A stretch of 59,323 bases of DNA from an uncultured Pseudomonadales bacterium (GTDB lineage Bacteria; Patescibacteriota; Microgenomatia; UBA1400; CG1-02-47-37), in the NCBI GenBank assembly GCA_964361885.1, contig CAYICL010000001.1, forward strand, positions 1 to 59,323, read 5' to 3'. Below the pieces are notes generated by a model. It saw nothing but the letters and a program-made list of their open reading frames with translations, was not told where the DNA came from and did no database searches. Of the stretch, positions 36,468-45,685 are shown one piece after another. A program made the translations under genes and the position numbers. Within the stretch, counting starts at the first letter, position 1. Each line of letters opens with the position of its first letter.

Positions 36468-37049
36468 AAAGGTTTTAAGTTTTAATAAAGCTTTGAAGCG
36501 GTGGCTAAGTTGATTTTTTTGACTTTGAGCTAACTGACCCAAAGTTAAATTCATGTGGTTTGGAATAAAGATCGGGTCATAACCAAAACCGCGGCTGCCT
36601 TGAATGGCAGGGGCAATCCGACCTTTAATAATACCTGCAAAAGTGTGGAGAGAATCGGTTTGAGGCTGATACAGGGCCAGACAGCAAACAAATTTGGCTC
36701 CCTTTTCAGAGTCAGGCAAAGATTTGAGTCGGTTAAGAATTTTTCTCATGGCTAAGTTAAAGTTGTCAGCGGCAAAACGAGCCGAATTAAGGCCCGGCCG
36801 GCCATGAAGGCAGTCAATGCATAAACCCGAGTCGTCAGCCAAAGTCAAAAGACCGGTTTGGTTACCGTAACCGACGGCCTTAAGGATAGCGTTGGCTTTA
36901 AAGGTATGACCGGTTTCAACAACGGTAAAATTCTTAGGGATACTTTTGATTTGATTTAAACCCAGAATTTGATAACCGGAAAGATTGAGAATTTGTTTAA
37001 CTTCTTTAAGTTTATCGGGATTTCCGGTAGCCACCAATAATATTTTCAT
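36444..37049 (-). CDS. rdgB: dITP/XTP pyrophosphatase (RdgB/HAM1)
   Basis: Blocks MKILLVATGNPDKLKEVKQIL, EETG-type TGHTF, SRGFGYDPIF and SHR. Confidence 0.88.
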   Translation of the reverse strand: MKILLVATGNPDKLKEVKQILNLSGYQILGLNQIKSIPKNFTVVETGHTFKANAILKAVGYGNQTGLLTLADDSGLCIDCLHGRPGLNSARFAADNFNLAMRKILNRLKSLPDSEKGAKFVCCLALYQPQTDSLHTFAGIIKGRIAPAIQGSRGFGYDPIFIPNHMNLTLGQLAQSQKNQLSHRFKALLKLKTFLSKSPIS

Positions 37050-37052
37050 GCC

Positions 37053-37796
37053 TTACTTTAAATAATTAAAGAATTCCGGGAAAGAATGAAAAGTCAGTCC
37101 CCAAAAGATAAAGCTAAGACTGGCGAAAAGATAAACAATGGCATAAGACAGACCATAGGGATAATGTTTTAAATTAAGCCGGTATTTGACGGTTAAGTAA
37201 AAAAACAAGCATAAATATAAAATCATGGCCGGAAAACTGGTTTGTAAAGACAGCCGGCCTTCGGTCAGATTAAGACCAAACATAATACCTGCCAATAAAC
37301 CAAAGCCGATAATAATGATTAGCTCCAGCTTGGTCAAGCCGGATTGGGAAGGCCGTTCGATTTCCAATAATAAGCCAATCACGGAAACAATAATGATTGG
37401 AATATAGAGAAAAATATGGCTGATAGTTTCATCCAAAAAGTCGGCCCAATGATAAAAATCAAGTTGATATAAAGGTAAAATCAGTTTAACCGAGTCAAAA
37501 AGAAGATGCAGAATAACGGCTAACCACCATAAACCCAAGAGAAAGAATAAACCAAATTTTAATTGCGAACCTTGAATAATAGACGGACCGGTTGGTTGAT
37601 TAAGACGGAGAAGGTTAAAGAGGCAGTAAGTTAACACCAGACTAATGAGTAAAAAAAAGCTGTCTTTGATAATATTCCCCCAATAGACGGATTGCCAAAC
37701 CGACAGATGAAGGGAAGAAACAGTGATTAGGCGGAAAATAAAATAAAGGCAAAAAAAGACAAAGATCAAGAGCTGAAACTTAACAATTTTATTCAT
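37053..37796 (-). CDS. polytopic membrane protein, hypothetical
   Basis: 247 aa with about 7 TM segments. No family recognised. Confidence 0.5.
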   Translation of the reverse strand: MNKIVKFQLLIFVFFCLYFIFRLITVSSLHLSVWQSVYWGNIIKDSFFLLISLVLTYCLFNLLRLNQPTGPSIIQGSQLKFGLFFLLGLWWLAVILHLLFDSVKLILPLYQLDFYHWADFLDETISHIFLYIPIIIVSVIGLLLEIERPSQSGLTKLELIIIIGFGLLAGIMFGLNLTEGRLSLQTSFPAMILYLCLFFYLTVKYRLNLKHYPYGLSYAIVYLFASLSFIFWGLTFHSFPEFFNYLK

Positions 37797-38910
37797 GGCG
37801 TCTTTTCAAGCCAAGGATTAAAGTTTTAGTTTGCAGGGTCAAGGTGCCTAAACCTAAAAGGATGAAAATAAAGTAGGCCAACCAGCCGATAACAGGAATC
37901 AGTTTTAAGAGGGTGATAATAACCAAACCTAAAGCAAAGCTAAGATACGGCTTTTTAAAGGCAGCGTCGTTTAAAAGCCGGCTGCCAAGAATTAAACTGA
38001 CCAATAAATGGGCGGCGAACAAAGAAAAACCATAAATCATAAAAGTAACAATCCCTAAAGGAATGCCGATGAGAGAAATAATGAATAATATGGCTAAAAC
38101 CGGAATTAAAGTCAGGCTTAAAAAGCCCCAACCAATGGCGTCACCGGGCTGTTTTAAGCATAGATTGACCAGTGGTTTAATCGGTTTGGATAAAAGACCA
38201 ATCAGCAGCCAACCGATTAATATTTCGATAACCAGCTGAGTGATTTTTTCAATAATAAACAGGGCGGTGATTTTTTTCACTAGAGGCAAATAATAATGAG
38301 GGGCAAGCGGTTTAGGCTGCTGACTAATCCTGCCTAAGATTTGAGCTTTCTGGTTGATAGCCGGCGGTTGACCATAGGTTAAATCAAGATTAGCGTTAAT
38401 AATGGTGTCCGGGTAGATATCAATTGAGCCGGCTTTGATAGACACATCATCATCAGCTTGGCCGTTAAAGCGGACCCGGCCGGCGGTAAGCCAAACTTTA
38501 TCCCCGATTTGACCGTTAAACACAATCATGCCACCGGCCGCCAGCAAGCTGTTGGCGATGGTTGAATCCGGATTAATTTCCAGCTGGCCGGCGAGTAAAC
38601 TGGCATCGTCGCCAACCTGAGCTTGAAGATCAAGTTGGCCGGCAATGACTCTTAAATCGTCGCGGATTTTACCTTTAATGTCGGCTTGGCCGGCAATGAC
38701 AATTAAATCACCGTTGACGGTGGCATCGACAATCACTTCGCCACCAAAAAGAAAGACATCACCATCAACCTGGCCTTTAAGATAAACCGTCTGACCAAAC
38801 TTAACTAAGGGGCCGGGGACAATCTCATCAGCTTGAGTTTGCGCTTTAAAACCAACCAGAAAAAAGGCAGATAAGGTCAGTAAAGTTAAGGTTAAGAGTT
38901 TTTTAATCAT
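37789..38910 (-). CDS. bactofilin-like (polymer-forming cytoskeletal repeat) protein with C-terminal membrane domain
   Basis: Signal peptide followed by repeated units of the type V(D/N)GD(L/V)..(I/F)AG(Q/G)..I.G, and a TM-rich C-terminal half. Confidence 0.55.
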   Translation of the reverse strand: MIKKLLTLTLLTLSAFFLVGFKAQTQADEIVPGPLVKFGQTVYLKGQVDGDVFLFGGEVIVDATVNGDLIVIAGQADIKGKIRDDLRVIAGQLDLQAQVGDDASLLAGQLEINPDSTIANSLLAAGGMIVFNGQIGDKVWLTAGRVRFNGQADDDVSIKAGSIDIYPDTIINANLDLTYGQPPAINQKAQILGRISQQPKPLAPHYYLPLVKKITALFIIEKITQLVIEILIGWLLIGLLSKPIKPLVNLCLKQPGDAIGWGFLSLTLIPVLAILFIISLIGIPLGIVTFMIYGFSLFAAHLLVSLILGSRLLNDAAFKKPYLSFALGLVIITLLKLIPVIGWLAYFIFILLGLGTLTLQTKTLILGLKRRHE

Positions 38911-38916
38911 TATCTA

Positions 38917-38944
38917 AATTAACATAAGTTTTATTAACTGACAA
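38917..38944 (-). promoter_or_regulatory. promoter TTGTCA-16-TTAATT
   Basis: The minus strand has TTGTCA (38944-38939) and TTAATT (38922-38917), with 6 nt to the ATG at 38910. Confidence 0.4.
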
Positions 38945-38951
38945 TATTGGA

Positions 38952-38957
38952 TATAAT
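38952..38957 (+). promoter_or_regulatory. -10 TATAAT, 6 nt from ATG 38964 (leaderless layout)
   Basis: The sequence reads GGATATAAT-ATAATT-ATG. Confidence 0.35.
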
Positions 38958-38963
38958 ATAATT

Positions 38964-39566
38964 ATGAACGATGAATATGAAGTGGGTCAGAATCCGGCTC
39001 AGCCATGGAAACTGGTGGCCGGAATTAAAATTCTGGTTTTGGTTTTAGTCATAGGCGTGGCAGGAGGGCTATTTATCTGGCAAAGAAAAACCGCCCAAAT
39101 TAACACGGCCCAATCTACGGCCGGTTTTACCAATTTAATCAACCTGGCAGCCAATGACACGATTTTGACTATCCCTTATCAGCAAACTTTATACAAGCAC
39201 TTCGGCAATGCCATTAATCCACAGATCAAAATACCGGTTAAAACAATTAACGGATTTAAGGAAATGGAGTTTTTGATAGACAGCGGAGCAGTGGTGTCAG
39301 CTTTGCCCCAATCTTTGGCCGACGAGTTAGGGGCGGATTTGACGCAACTACCCAGAATCACAATCGAAGGTTTTGCCGGACAAAAGACTTTTGCCTACCG
39401 GGGGGATTTTGTAATTAAAATCGGCAAGGAAGAAGTAGCGATTCCGGTGGTGTTTTCGGAAAATCCCGATGCCAGTAAGATTTTAGGCAGAATCGGATTT
39501 TTTGATGATTTTAATATTGTCTTTAATGCCAAGACTAAATCGATTACAATTAGTAAAAAGGGCTAA
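38964..39566 (+). CDS. retropepsin-like aspartic protease domain protein
   Basis: N-terminal TM. The FLIDSGAVVSALP (D-S/T-G) active-site-like motif is followed by GRIGFFDDFN. Confidence 0.5.
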   Translation: MNDEYEVGQNPAQPWKLVAGIKILVLVLVIGVAGGLFIWQRKTAQINTAQSTAGFTNLINLAANDTILTIPYQQTLYKHFGNAINPQIKIPVKTINGFKEMEFLIDSGAVVSALPQSLADELGADLTQLPRITIEGFAGQKTFAYRGDFVIKIGKEEVAIPVVFSENPDASKILGRIGFFDDFNIVFNAKTKSITISKKG

Positions 39567-39571
39567 AGTAT

Positions 39572-40405
39572 ATGAGTAAAAGGTTAATGCAGTGGTTTTA
39601 CAAATTTTCCTGGAAAAAAATCGCGGGGATCAGCCTGTTTATCCTGACCTTAGCGATCCTGCCGATGGCCAGAGAGGCAGTGCTTAACCCAACCAGGACC
39701 AGATCGGAAGCGTCTTTAATTCACCCGACACCGCAGCCAATCACCCAAGAGTTTGAAACTCCCAAAGGTCTGCCGAAAATTTTTCTGGTGGATCATTTTT
39801 TCGGTAAAGTCGGAGATGCTGTTTTAATCCATGGAGAAAACTTAGGCGGTTTGCATCAGAACAGTTCAGTCAGCCTGGCCGGAAAAAAGATTGAGGTGAA
39901 TGATTTGGTCAGCTGGACCGGAAGCTATATTGAGTTTAAAGTCCCCCAGGGAGCCAATTCAGGCCAAATGGAAATTAATATTCTAGGCAACAAAACTACC
40001 TGGCCGGGCATGTTTTTTGTGACTGACGAAAACACGCAAACAGAATTGCGCTTGGAAAAAATAACCGTCAACGAGGCAAAATTAACAGCCAGGTATTTAC
40101 AAAACGGCCAAGAATTGCTGCTTTGGTTACTGGTGATAGGCGGAGAAGATAAATTAACCATAGCGCCCGAAAAAGGAGTCGGCTTAACAGAACAGAGAAA
40201 TTTTAAGTACCCGATCGGCCAGATTTATGAAGTTAAGCTGAAGCTGGATGGGAATATCCGGACTTTATCCAATCAAGAACTAACAGGGCTGTTAACCGTA
40301 GCCAAAACCGGTGAGTTTTTGGTCGGGATTGCCAGAGGCGAGTTAAGCACCGCGCGAGCCACCTTAATTCCGTTGCAGCTGCACCCCTTGTACGTGAGCT
40401 TTTAA
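39572..40405 (+). CDS. secreted protein with IPT/TIG-like domain, hypothetical
   Basis: TM/signal N-terminus. The block GKVGDAVLIHGENLGG..VSLAGKKIEV..SYIEFKVPQGA resembles IPT/TIG. Confidence 0.45.
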   Translation: MSKRLMQWFYKFSWKKIAGISLFILTLAILPMAREAVLNPTRTRSEASLIHPTPQPITQEFETPKGLPKIFLVDHFFGKVGDAVLIHGENLGGLHQNSSVSLAGKKIEVNDLVSWTGSYIEFKVPQGANSGQMEINILGNKTTWPGMFFVTDENTQTELRLEKITVNEAKLTARYLQNGQELLLWLLVIGGEDKLTIAPEKGVGLTEQRNFKYPIGQIYEVKLKLDGNIRTLSNQELTGLLTVAKTGEFLVGIARGELSTARATLIPLQLHPLYVSF

Positions 40406-41148
40406 CGGGCAGCAAATAAAAGTATCAGGCCAAGAACCAGACAGTAATAGGCAAAGAAAGAAAATCTACCTTGGGAGACGAATTTTTTAAGAAGTTTTAA
40501 GGAAATCAGACCGGAAACAAAGGCGGTAATAGAACCTAACAATAAGGGTAAACCGAGTTGGGCTTGGAAAAAGCTTAAGTCTTTTAATTGTAATAAAACC
40601 GCACCAAAGACAGCCGGCAAACTCAGCAAAAAGGAAAAGTTAAAGACCAGCTGGGGTTTTAATTTAGCCAGGATACCGGCACTAATGGTGCTGCCGGAAC
40701 GGGAGATGCCGGGAATAATGGCCAAAGCTTGAAACAAACCGATAACCAAACTGTTTTTAACAGACAAGGCGGTGGATTGAGCGCGGGAAAAAAAATATTG
40801 AGCGGAAAAGAGGATCAAGCTGTTAATCAATAAGGCAAAAGCAACTAGGGTCAGTGAGGAAAAGATGGTTTCAATCGATGAATTTAAGATTAAACCGACG
40901 ATAGCGGCAGGCAGACTGGCCAGTAAGATAAAGCCAATGGTTTTAAGGTTCAGTTGCAACAGTTGAGACCAAAGCACCACAATCACAGCCAAGGCTGTGG
41001 CCAGATGAAGAAGAATATCAAATAAGACCGGCGGAGAGGTGAACCCAATAAAGTGCTGGGCAATAACCAAATGACCGGAACTGGATACGGGTAAAAACTC
41101 GGTTAGACCCTGCAACAGGCCTAGAAAAATAGCGGCAAAAACAGTCAT
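40402..41148 (-). CDS. uppP: undecaprenyl-diphosphate phosphatase
   Basis: Blocks LQGLTEFLPVSSSGHL and PGISRSGSTI. Confidence 0.9.
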   Translation of the reverse strand: MTVFAAIFLGLLQGLTEFLPVSSSGHLVIAQHFIGFTSPPVLFDILLHLATALAVIVVLWSQLLQLNLKTIGFILLASLPAAIVGLILNSSIETIFSSLTLVAFALLINSLILFSAQYFFSRAQSTALSVKNSLVIGLFQALAIIPGISRSGSTISAGILAKLKPQLVFNFSFLLSLPAVFGAVLLQLKDLSFFQAQLGLPLLLGSITAFVSGLISLKLLKKFVSQGRFSFFAYYCLVLGLILLFAAR

Positions 41149-41150
41149 GG

Positions 41151-41855
41151 CTATTTAGTCTTTTTCTTGGACTGAGTATACCAGTCGATCAGCATTTTGG
41201 ACACTAAGTCTTTGGCGCCTAAACCAATGGCTAACCCAACGCCTAAACTCAAAGTAGCCACCACACCGATAATTAAGGTGTTAATTAAAGACTGGGCAAT
41301 ACCCAATTCGTTAACAGCGGCCAAAGCGGCGACGATAACGACTAAGTAGCTGGCAATCTTGCTTAAAAGCCGGCTGGTTTTGGGATCAACTTGATTAACG
41401 GCGCCTTTAATAAGACTTTCGACTAAACCTGCCAGCAAGACACCAATGGTTAAAATCAAGACTGCGGAAACAATACTGGGAATGTAACCCAAAATGCTGT
41501 TTAAGACTGCCGAGACGGTGGTTAAACCTAAAATATTAACTGCGGCAATAAAGAAAACCACCACGATCAGCCATTTGACAATTTCTCCTAAAAAGACTTC
41601 GGCTTTAACCCGGATATCGGCCCGGTCTAAATACGGCTCTAAGCCGCTTTTTCTTAAAAGGTGATCCAGCTTAAGGGCGCTCAAGATTTTAACGATTAAG
41701 ACTTTAGCCCATTTGGCCAGTATCAGACCAAAAAGAAAAATGATAATGGCACCTAAAAGGCTGGGAATAAAACCAAAAAATCTGGTTAAGATATTGGAGC
41801 CGGCAACAAGAACGGCTTCCTGCCAACTGGAAACAGCTGTGGAAGAATACGGCAT
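41151..41855 (-). CDS. membrane protein with conserved-TM-helix repeats (MscS-associated type), hypothetical
   Basis: ATG at 41855 with GGTGA about 8 nt upstream (the tracked start at 41867 is GTG). It has repeated TM plus amphipathic units. Confidence 0.5.
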   Translation of the reverse strand: MPYSSTAVSSWQEAVLVAGSNILTRFFGFIPSLLGAIIIFLFGLILAKWAKVLIVKILSALKLDHLLRKSGLEPYLDRADIRVKAEVFLGEIVKWLIVVVFFIAAVNILGLTTVSAVLNSILGYIPSIVSAVLILTIGVLLAGLVESLIKGAVNQVDPKTSRLLSKIASYLVVIVAALAAVNELGIAQSLINTLIIGVVATLSLGVGLAIGLGAKDLVSKMLIDWYTQSKKKTK

Positions 41856-41945
41856 AAATTTGTTCACCGCCTTTCAATCCGCCGGTTGGCGGATACACTA
41901 TTTAGTTTAATTATGTAAACAGATCATCAAGTTGTCAAGGTAAGA

Positions 41946-41951
41946 TATAAT
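41946..41951 (+). promoter_or_regulatory. -10 TATAAT for rnpB
   Basis: A perfect TATAAT ends 6 nt before the first base of the P1 stem (41958). No good -35 box. Confidence 0.45.
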
Positions 41952-41957
41952 AATAGA

Positions 41958-42296
41958 GCTAGGAAGTGTGGTGACGCCCCGATCCGACTTTGTCGTGATC
42001 GTGGGAGGAAAGTCCAGACTGCTGGAAGCAGGGTGCTTGGCGCAAGCCAGGGGTCTGATAGGCATCGCTATCAGATACAGTGAAGCCACAGAGACGATTA
42101 ATCCGGCATTCGCCGGACGAGTGTGAAACGGCTCCGGTGCGGTCACTGGAGACTAGGGTAATTCTCCCCGCAGCAACTTCCGACTGGGTCGCTATCAGGA
42201 CGCTTCCCCGAGACCCGAGGTTTGAAGGCATAGATAGATGTCACCTTCATCCCGCATCCGCGGGGCAAGACAGAATCTGGCTTACAGCTTCCTAGC
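41958..42296 (+). ncRNA. rnpB: RNase P RNA, bacterial type A (compact, ~339 nt)
   Basis: P1 pairs GCTAGGAAG (41958-) with CTTCCTAGC (-42296). P4 has the universal strands GGGAGGAAAGTCCAGAC (5') and AAGACAGAATCTGGCTTACAG (3'). The tracked ORFs across this region are spurious. Confidence 0.92.
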
Positions 42297-42501
42297 GTTT
42301 TTTCTTCCTGCCAAGAAAATTTCAAGCTAATATCAATAGATGTTTCCTACTGTTTCACTTTTTTTAAGCCTGTTCGCCTTTGAAGGAGCAAGGAAAATGA
42401 CTTGTAAAACCAAAAGTTCTAATAACTATAAAACAGTGGGGTAATTTGAAGTTTATTCGAATCTAAAAAAGTTCCGTATTATCAATCAGATTCGAAATTC
42501 T

Positions 42502-42527
42502 GTCCAGCAGTGCTCCGCCTGCTGGAC
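42502..42527. terminator. GC-rich hairpin (9-bp stem) downstream of 42543..42854 and of rnpB
   Basis: GTCCAGCAG-tgctccgc-CTGCTGGAC. It lies 15 nt past the stop of the minus-strand gene. Only a weak T-tract follows on either strand. Confidence 0.4.
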
Positions 42528-42542
42528 GGTGTTAGAACCCGT

Positions 42543-42854
42543 TTAGTGTGGAAATAGAATTTCGCCAAGCAAAAAAATCAGAACGAAAAATCCAATTGCT
42601 GTAGCCAAGAAAACAAATACAGACCGTTCCTTACTTTTTATGATACTGATAATACCGGTAAAAAAAGCGGCTAGACCACAAATCCCCGCGGGTATGATAG
42701 TGATTGGAATCAGTATTTGATAAGCATTAAACGAGTCGCTGTCAAATGCACCCTGGCTGCGTCCAACAGCCGCTATAATTTGCATCAGTATAAATAATAC
42801 AAAGAAAACGATAATCAGCCACACTGACCATCTACCTAATTTAGTTTTTGGCAT
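42543..42854 (-). CDS. small three-TM membrane protein, hypothetical
   Basis: 103 aa, hydrophobic. Confidence 0.5.
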   Translation of the reverse strand: MPKTKLGRWSVWLIIVFFVLFILMQIIAAVGRSQGAFDSDSFNAYQILIPITIIPAGICGLAAFFTGIISIIKSKERSVFVFLATAIGFFVLIFLLGEILFPH

Positions 42855-42959
42855 AAATAAACTAGATTTATTTTAAATCTTAAAGAAACTCTATGCCAAG
42901 TACCAATGCTAGCTCGTTTATTGGGATGATTATAGAACTATAAAGACAAATATTAATAA

Positions 42960-43772
42960 CTAAAGGAGCCTGTCTCTTTCTTTGAGAAAAACATCCATAA
43001 ATTTTCCTACCCTATCAGGTTTTGTATCTCCCAAAAATTTTCCATCTTTTCTAAATACACTACCGACAATAAATGCATCTGCTAAGGGCAAAAACTCAGA
43101 GATATTTTCAGGTGTCATTCCCGATCCTACAAGAATAGGAAGTTTTGTAACTGCTCGTACTTTTACAAAGTCGTTGTGCTCGGGTTGAACACCTGTAAAT
43201 TTACCCGTAATAATTATTCCATCTACTAAACAAAATTCTGCTTGTTTTACTTCATCTGTAATATCAAGATCGGCAGTTAGAGCATGGCTGCAATGTTTCT
43301 TTTTAACATCAGTAAAAATCTTTATGTGATCTGCCTTTAATTCTTTTCGTTTCCGTAATAGTTTTGCGGCACAACCTTCGATAATTCCTGACGTTCCCAC
43401 GTGAGCAAATACAAACCCTTCTACGCGGATATAGTCTAAGTCAGCCTTATAGGCAATCTCTAGTGAGGTTTCGTTGGCAGCTTCTAACAGCTGAATTCCT
43501 ATCGGACCGTCAAACTCATTTCTTGCTTTTTTTGCAATAGTAGTCATTAACTTGATTGCACTGTCGGGAAGAGGAGGCCGCATATAGGGAAGGTCAAAAT
43601 CATTTTCTAAAACGATACTTTGCACCCCTGCCTTTTTATAAATCTCCAAATCTTTCATCGCAAGATCAATTACTTTTTGGTCATTTCCTTCATACAGTGG
43701 GGTCCCTGGAAGAGCACGAATTGCAATCATTGCAGCTAAAGATTTTGGAGGCAACTCTCTCGGTTTTTTCAT
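42960..43772 (-). CDS. BtpA/SgcQ-family TIM-barrel protein
   Basis: The blocks IAIRALPGTPLYEG..DLEIYKKAGVQSIVLENDFDLPY and VGSGMTPENI are typical of the BtpA family. Confidence 0.75.
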   Translation of the reverse strand: MKKPRELPPKSLAAMIAIRALPGTPLYEGNDQKVIDLAMKDLEIYKKAGVQSIVLENDFDLPYMRPPLPDSAIKLMTTIAKKARNEFDGPIGIQLLEAANETSLEIAYKADLDYIRVEGFVFAHVGTSGIIEGCAAKLLRKRKELKADHIKIFTDVKKKHCSHALTADLDITDEVKQAEFCLVDGIIITGKFTGVQPEHNDFVKVRAVTKLPILVGSGMTPENISEFLPLADAFIVGSVFRKDGKFLGDTKPDRVGKFMDVFLKERDRLL

Positions 43773-43779
43773 CGGAATA

Positions 43780-43788
43780 AGTATATCA
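43780..43788 (-). promoter_or_regulatory. extended -10 TGaTATACT, 7 nt from btpA-like ATG (leaderless layout)
   Basis: The minus strand reads TTTTTGATATACT-TATTCCG-ATG. Confidence 0.4.
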
Positions 43789-43822
43789 AAAAAGCTCCAA
43801 CATTTGATGTTTTTTACGGAGA

Positions 43823-44803
43823 TTAGCGGTTTTTCTGTTGAATTCTGTAAACGTCGTTGATGACAAGTTCGATCAGTAAAACCGTGGGGACGGATAAAAC
43901 AGCGCCGGCAATACCAGCGGTTCTAAAACCGATAAGTAAAGCAATAATAATGACTAAAGGGCTTAAGCCGACGGCTTTGGACATTACCCGAGGAACAATC
44001 AGATTGTTTTCCAGCTGCTGGATAAGGATATATAAAGCCAGGACTGCCAAGCCTAAAACCGGTGAAGTGCCTAAAGCGACTAAGATGGCCGGCACGGCCG
44101 CAAGCGTTGGGCCGACATTAGGGACAATTTCCAAAAGACCGGCTAAAAAAGCCAAAGGCACAGCAAACTCGACCCCTAAGAAAGTTAAACCAAAGTAAGA
44201 CATCAGGCCGACGATCAGCATTAAAGTCAGCTGGCCGCGCATCCAACTGCCGAGTTTGTGTTCCAGTTTGTCGATAAAGATTTCGGCGCGCTTTTCCCGA
44301 TCGGTAGTCCCAAAAAGAAATTTTAAATAAGTTTTTAAGTTTCTTCTTTCCATGATCAGGTAAAAAAGAATCACCATAAAAGTAAACAAAGAGAGGACAT
44401 TGTTAAAAGTGGCTACGACCAATTGAAGAATCCGCTGGGGCAAGGTGTTGAGTTGAGGCTGAAGCCAAGACATATCAAATCTGCCCTGGCTAAGCTGGCT
44501 AATGTCGCGGGGCAGACTGTTGATAAATTTAGCCGACTGCTCCACTAAAGGCGGAACTAAGGCGGCAATACCAAAACTGATAGCGCTCCAGATAAGAAGA
44601 TATAACAAAATAATCGCCAAGCCCCGGGGAATTTTGAATTTTTGCATTTTATCAACAATCGGACTTAGGGCAGACATGACAATCAGACCGATAAATATAA
44701 GCAGAATAATGTAACGGATGCTGAATAAAAAGTATAAAAAGATCAGGAAAAAAACCGTAAAAACAGTGGTTTTGTAAGAGATTTCGATTTTGGCCGGCGG
44801 CAT
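43823..44803 (-). CDS. AI-2E family transporter (PerM-like)
   Basis: 326 aa with about 8 TM segments. The block LLEIVPNVGPTLAAVP is typical of the AI-2E family. Confidence 0.8.
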   Translation of the reverse strand: MPPAKIEISYKTTVFTVFFLIFLYFLFSIRYIILLIFIGLIVMSALSPIVDKMQKFKIPRGLAIILLYLLIWSAISFGIAALVPPLVEQSAKFINSLPRDISQLSQGRFDMSWLQPQLNTLPQRILQLVVATFNNVLSLFTFMVILFYLIMERRNLKTYLKFLFGTTDREKRAEIFIDKLEHKLGSWMRGQLTLMLIVGLMSYFGLTFLGVEFAVPLAFLAGLLEIVPNVGPTLAAVPAILVALGTSPVLGLAVLALYILIQQLENNLIVPRVMSKAVGLSPLVIIIALLIGFRTAGIAGAVLSVPTVLLIELVINDVYRIQQKNR

Positions 44804-44806
44804 ATA

Positions 44807-45685
44807 CTATTTAGTATACCAAGCAGAAATCAAATTGGCTAGTTGCCGATTAAAATTTGGCTGATTAATGTTAAACCAGTGAAGACCGGGAATTTTTTTA
44901 AACCAAGTCAGCTGGCGGCGGCTATACTGCTGTTCTGCCTGAATCCATTTGGCAACATCAGGCCATTCGCGGTAGCCGATAGCGGACATTGAGGGGAGCT
45001 TTTTGGAATATCCTTGACGGAGCAATGATTCAATTTCCTGCCTGGCTCCGGCTTTAATCCGTTGGTTAACCCGATCAACAATACGTTGATCAAGAATTTT
45101 GACGGATGCGGTTAAGCCGATTAATAAAGCATCATGCTTAAAATTAAGCGATTGCCGGTTAGAGCCGACCTTAGCGACTTCAATCGCCCGGATTAAGCGG
45201 CGGGGATTGTTTTGATCGGAATGATTCATTTGATTAAAACGATCGGGATTAAGTTTTTTTAAAGCGGTTTGCAGCTGCTTAAGGGAATTTTTTTCCAGCC
45301 GGCGGCGTAAACTAGGGCTGGGTGGAATATTGAGGGTGGGAATCGGTTTTAATAAGGCGTTGATGTATAGCCCGGTGCCGCCGACAATAATGGGTAAACG
45401 GTTTTGCTGTTGGAGTTTAATGATTAACGGCTGAGCAAAGTTAATAAAATGAGCCACGGAAAAATCTTCATCCGGTTTGACTAAATCGTAGCCAAAAATT
45501 TTGACTCCTGCGGGTTTGTCCTGTCTGCCGGCAGGCAGGTCTTTTCCGGTAACGATATCCATGCCTTGGTAAACCTGGCGGGAGTCGGCGGAAATCAAGC
45601 CACCGTTAAATTTTTTAGCCAGGCTAACGGCCAGCTTGGTTTTACCGGTTGCAGTGGGGCCGCAGATAATTAAAATTTGGTTCAT
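44807..45685 (-). CDS. miaA: tRNA dimethylallyltransferase
   Basis: P-loop ICGPTATGKT, SADSRQVYQGMDIVTGK and GGTGLY. Confidence 0.92.
   Translation of the reverse strand: MNQILIICGPTATGKTKLAVSLAKKFNGGLISADSRQVYQGMDIVTGKDLPAGRQDKPAGVKIFGYDLVKPDEDFSVAHFINFAQPLIIKLQQQNRLPIIVGGTGLYINALLKPIPTLNIPPSPSLRRRLEKNSLKQLQTALKKLNPDRFNQMNHSDQNNPRRLIRAIEVAKVGSNRQSLNFKHDALLIGLTASVKILDQRIVDRVNQRIKAGARQEIESLLRQGYSKKLPSMSAIGYREWPDVAKWIQAEQQYSRRQLTWFKKIPGLHWFNINQPNFNRQLANLISAWYTK

Noticed and set aside
40984-40999. Palindrome CACAGCC-AA-GGCTGTG inside uppP, superficially similar to the REP stem
   Set aside because: It lacks the ATCACAC/GTGTGAT core and the YCT flank, has a 2-nt centre that cannot form a loop, and lies mid-gene. 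It is most likely a chance coding palindrome.
41907-42325. Several 60-90-aa ORFs on both strands at 41.9-42.3 kb
   Set aside because: The region is the RNase P RNA gene (P1 and P4 signatures are present). These ORFs are artefacts of a GC-richer structured RNA.
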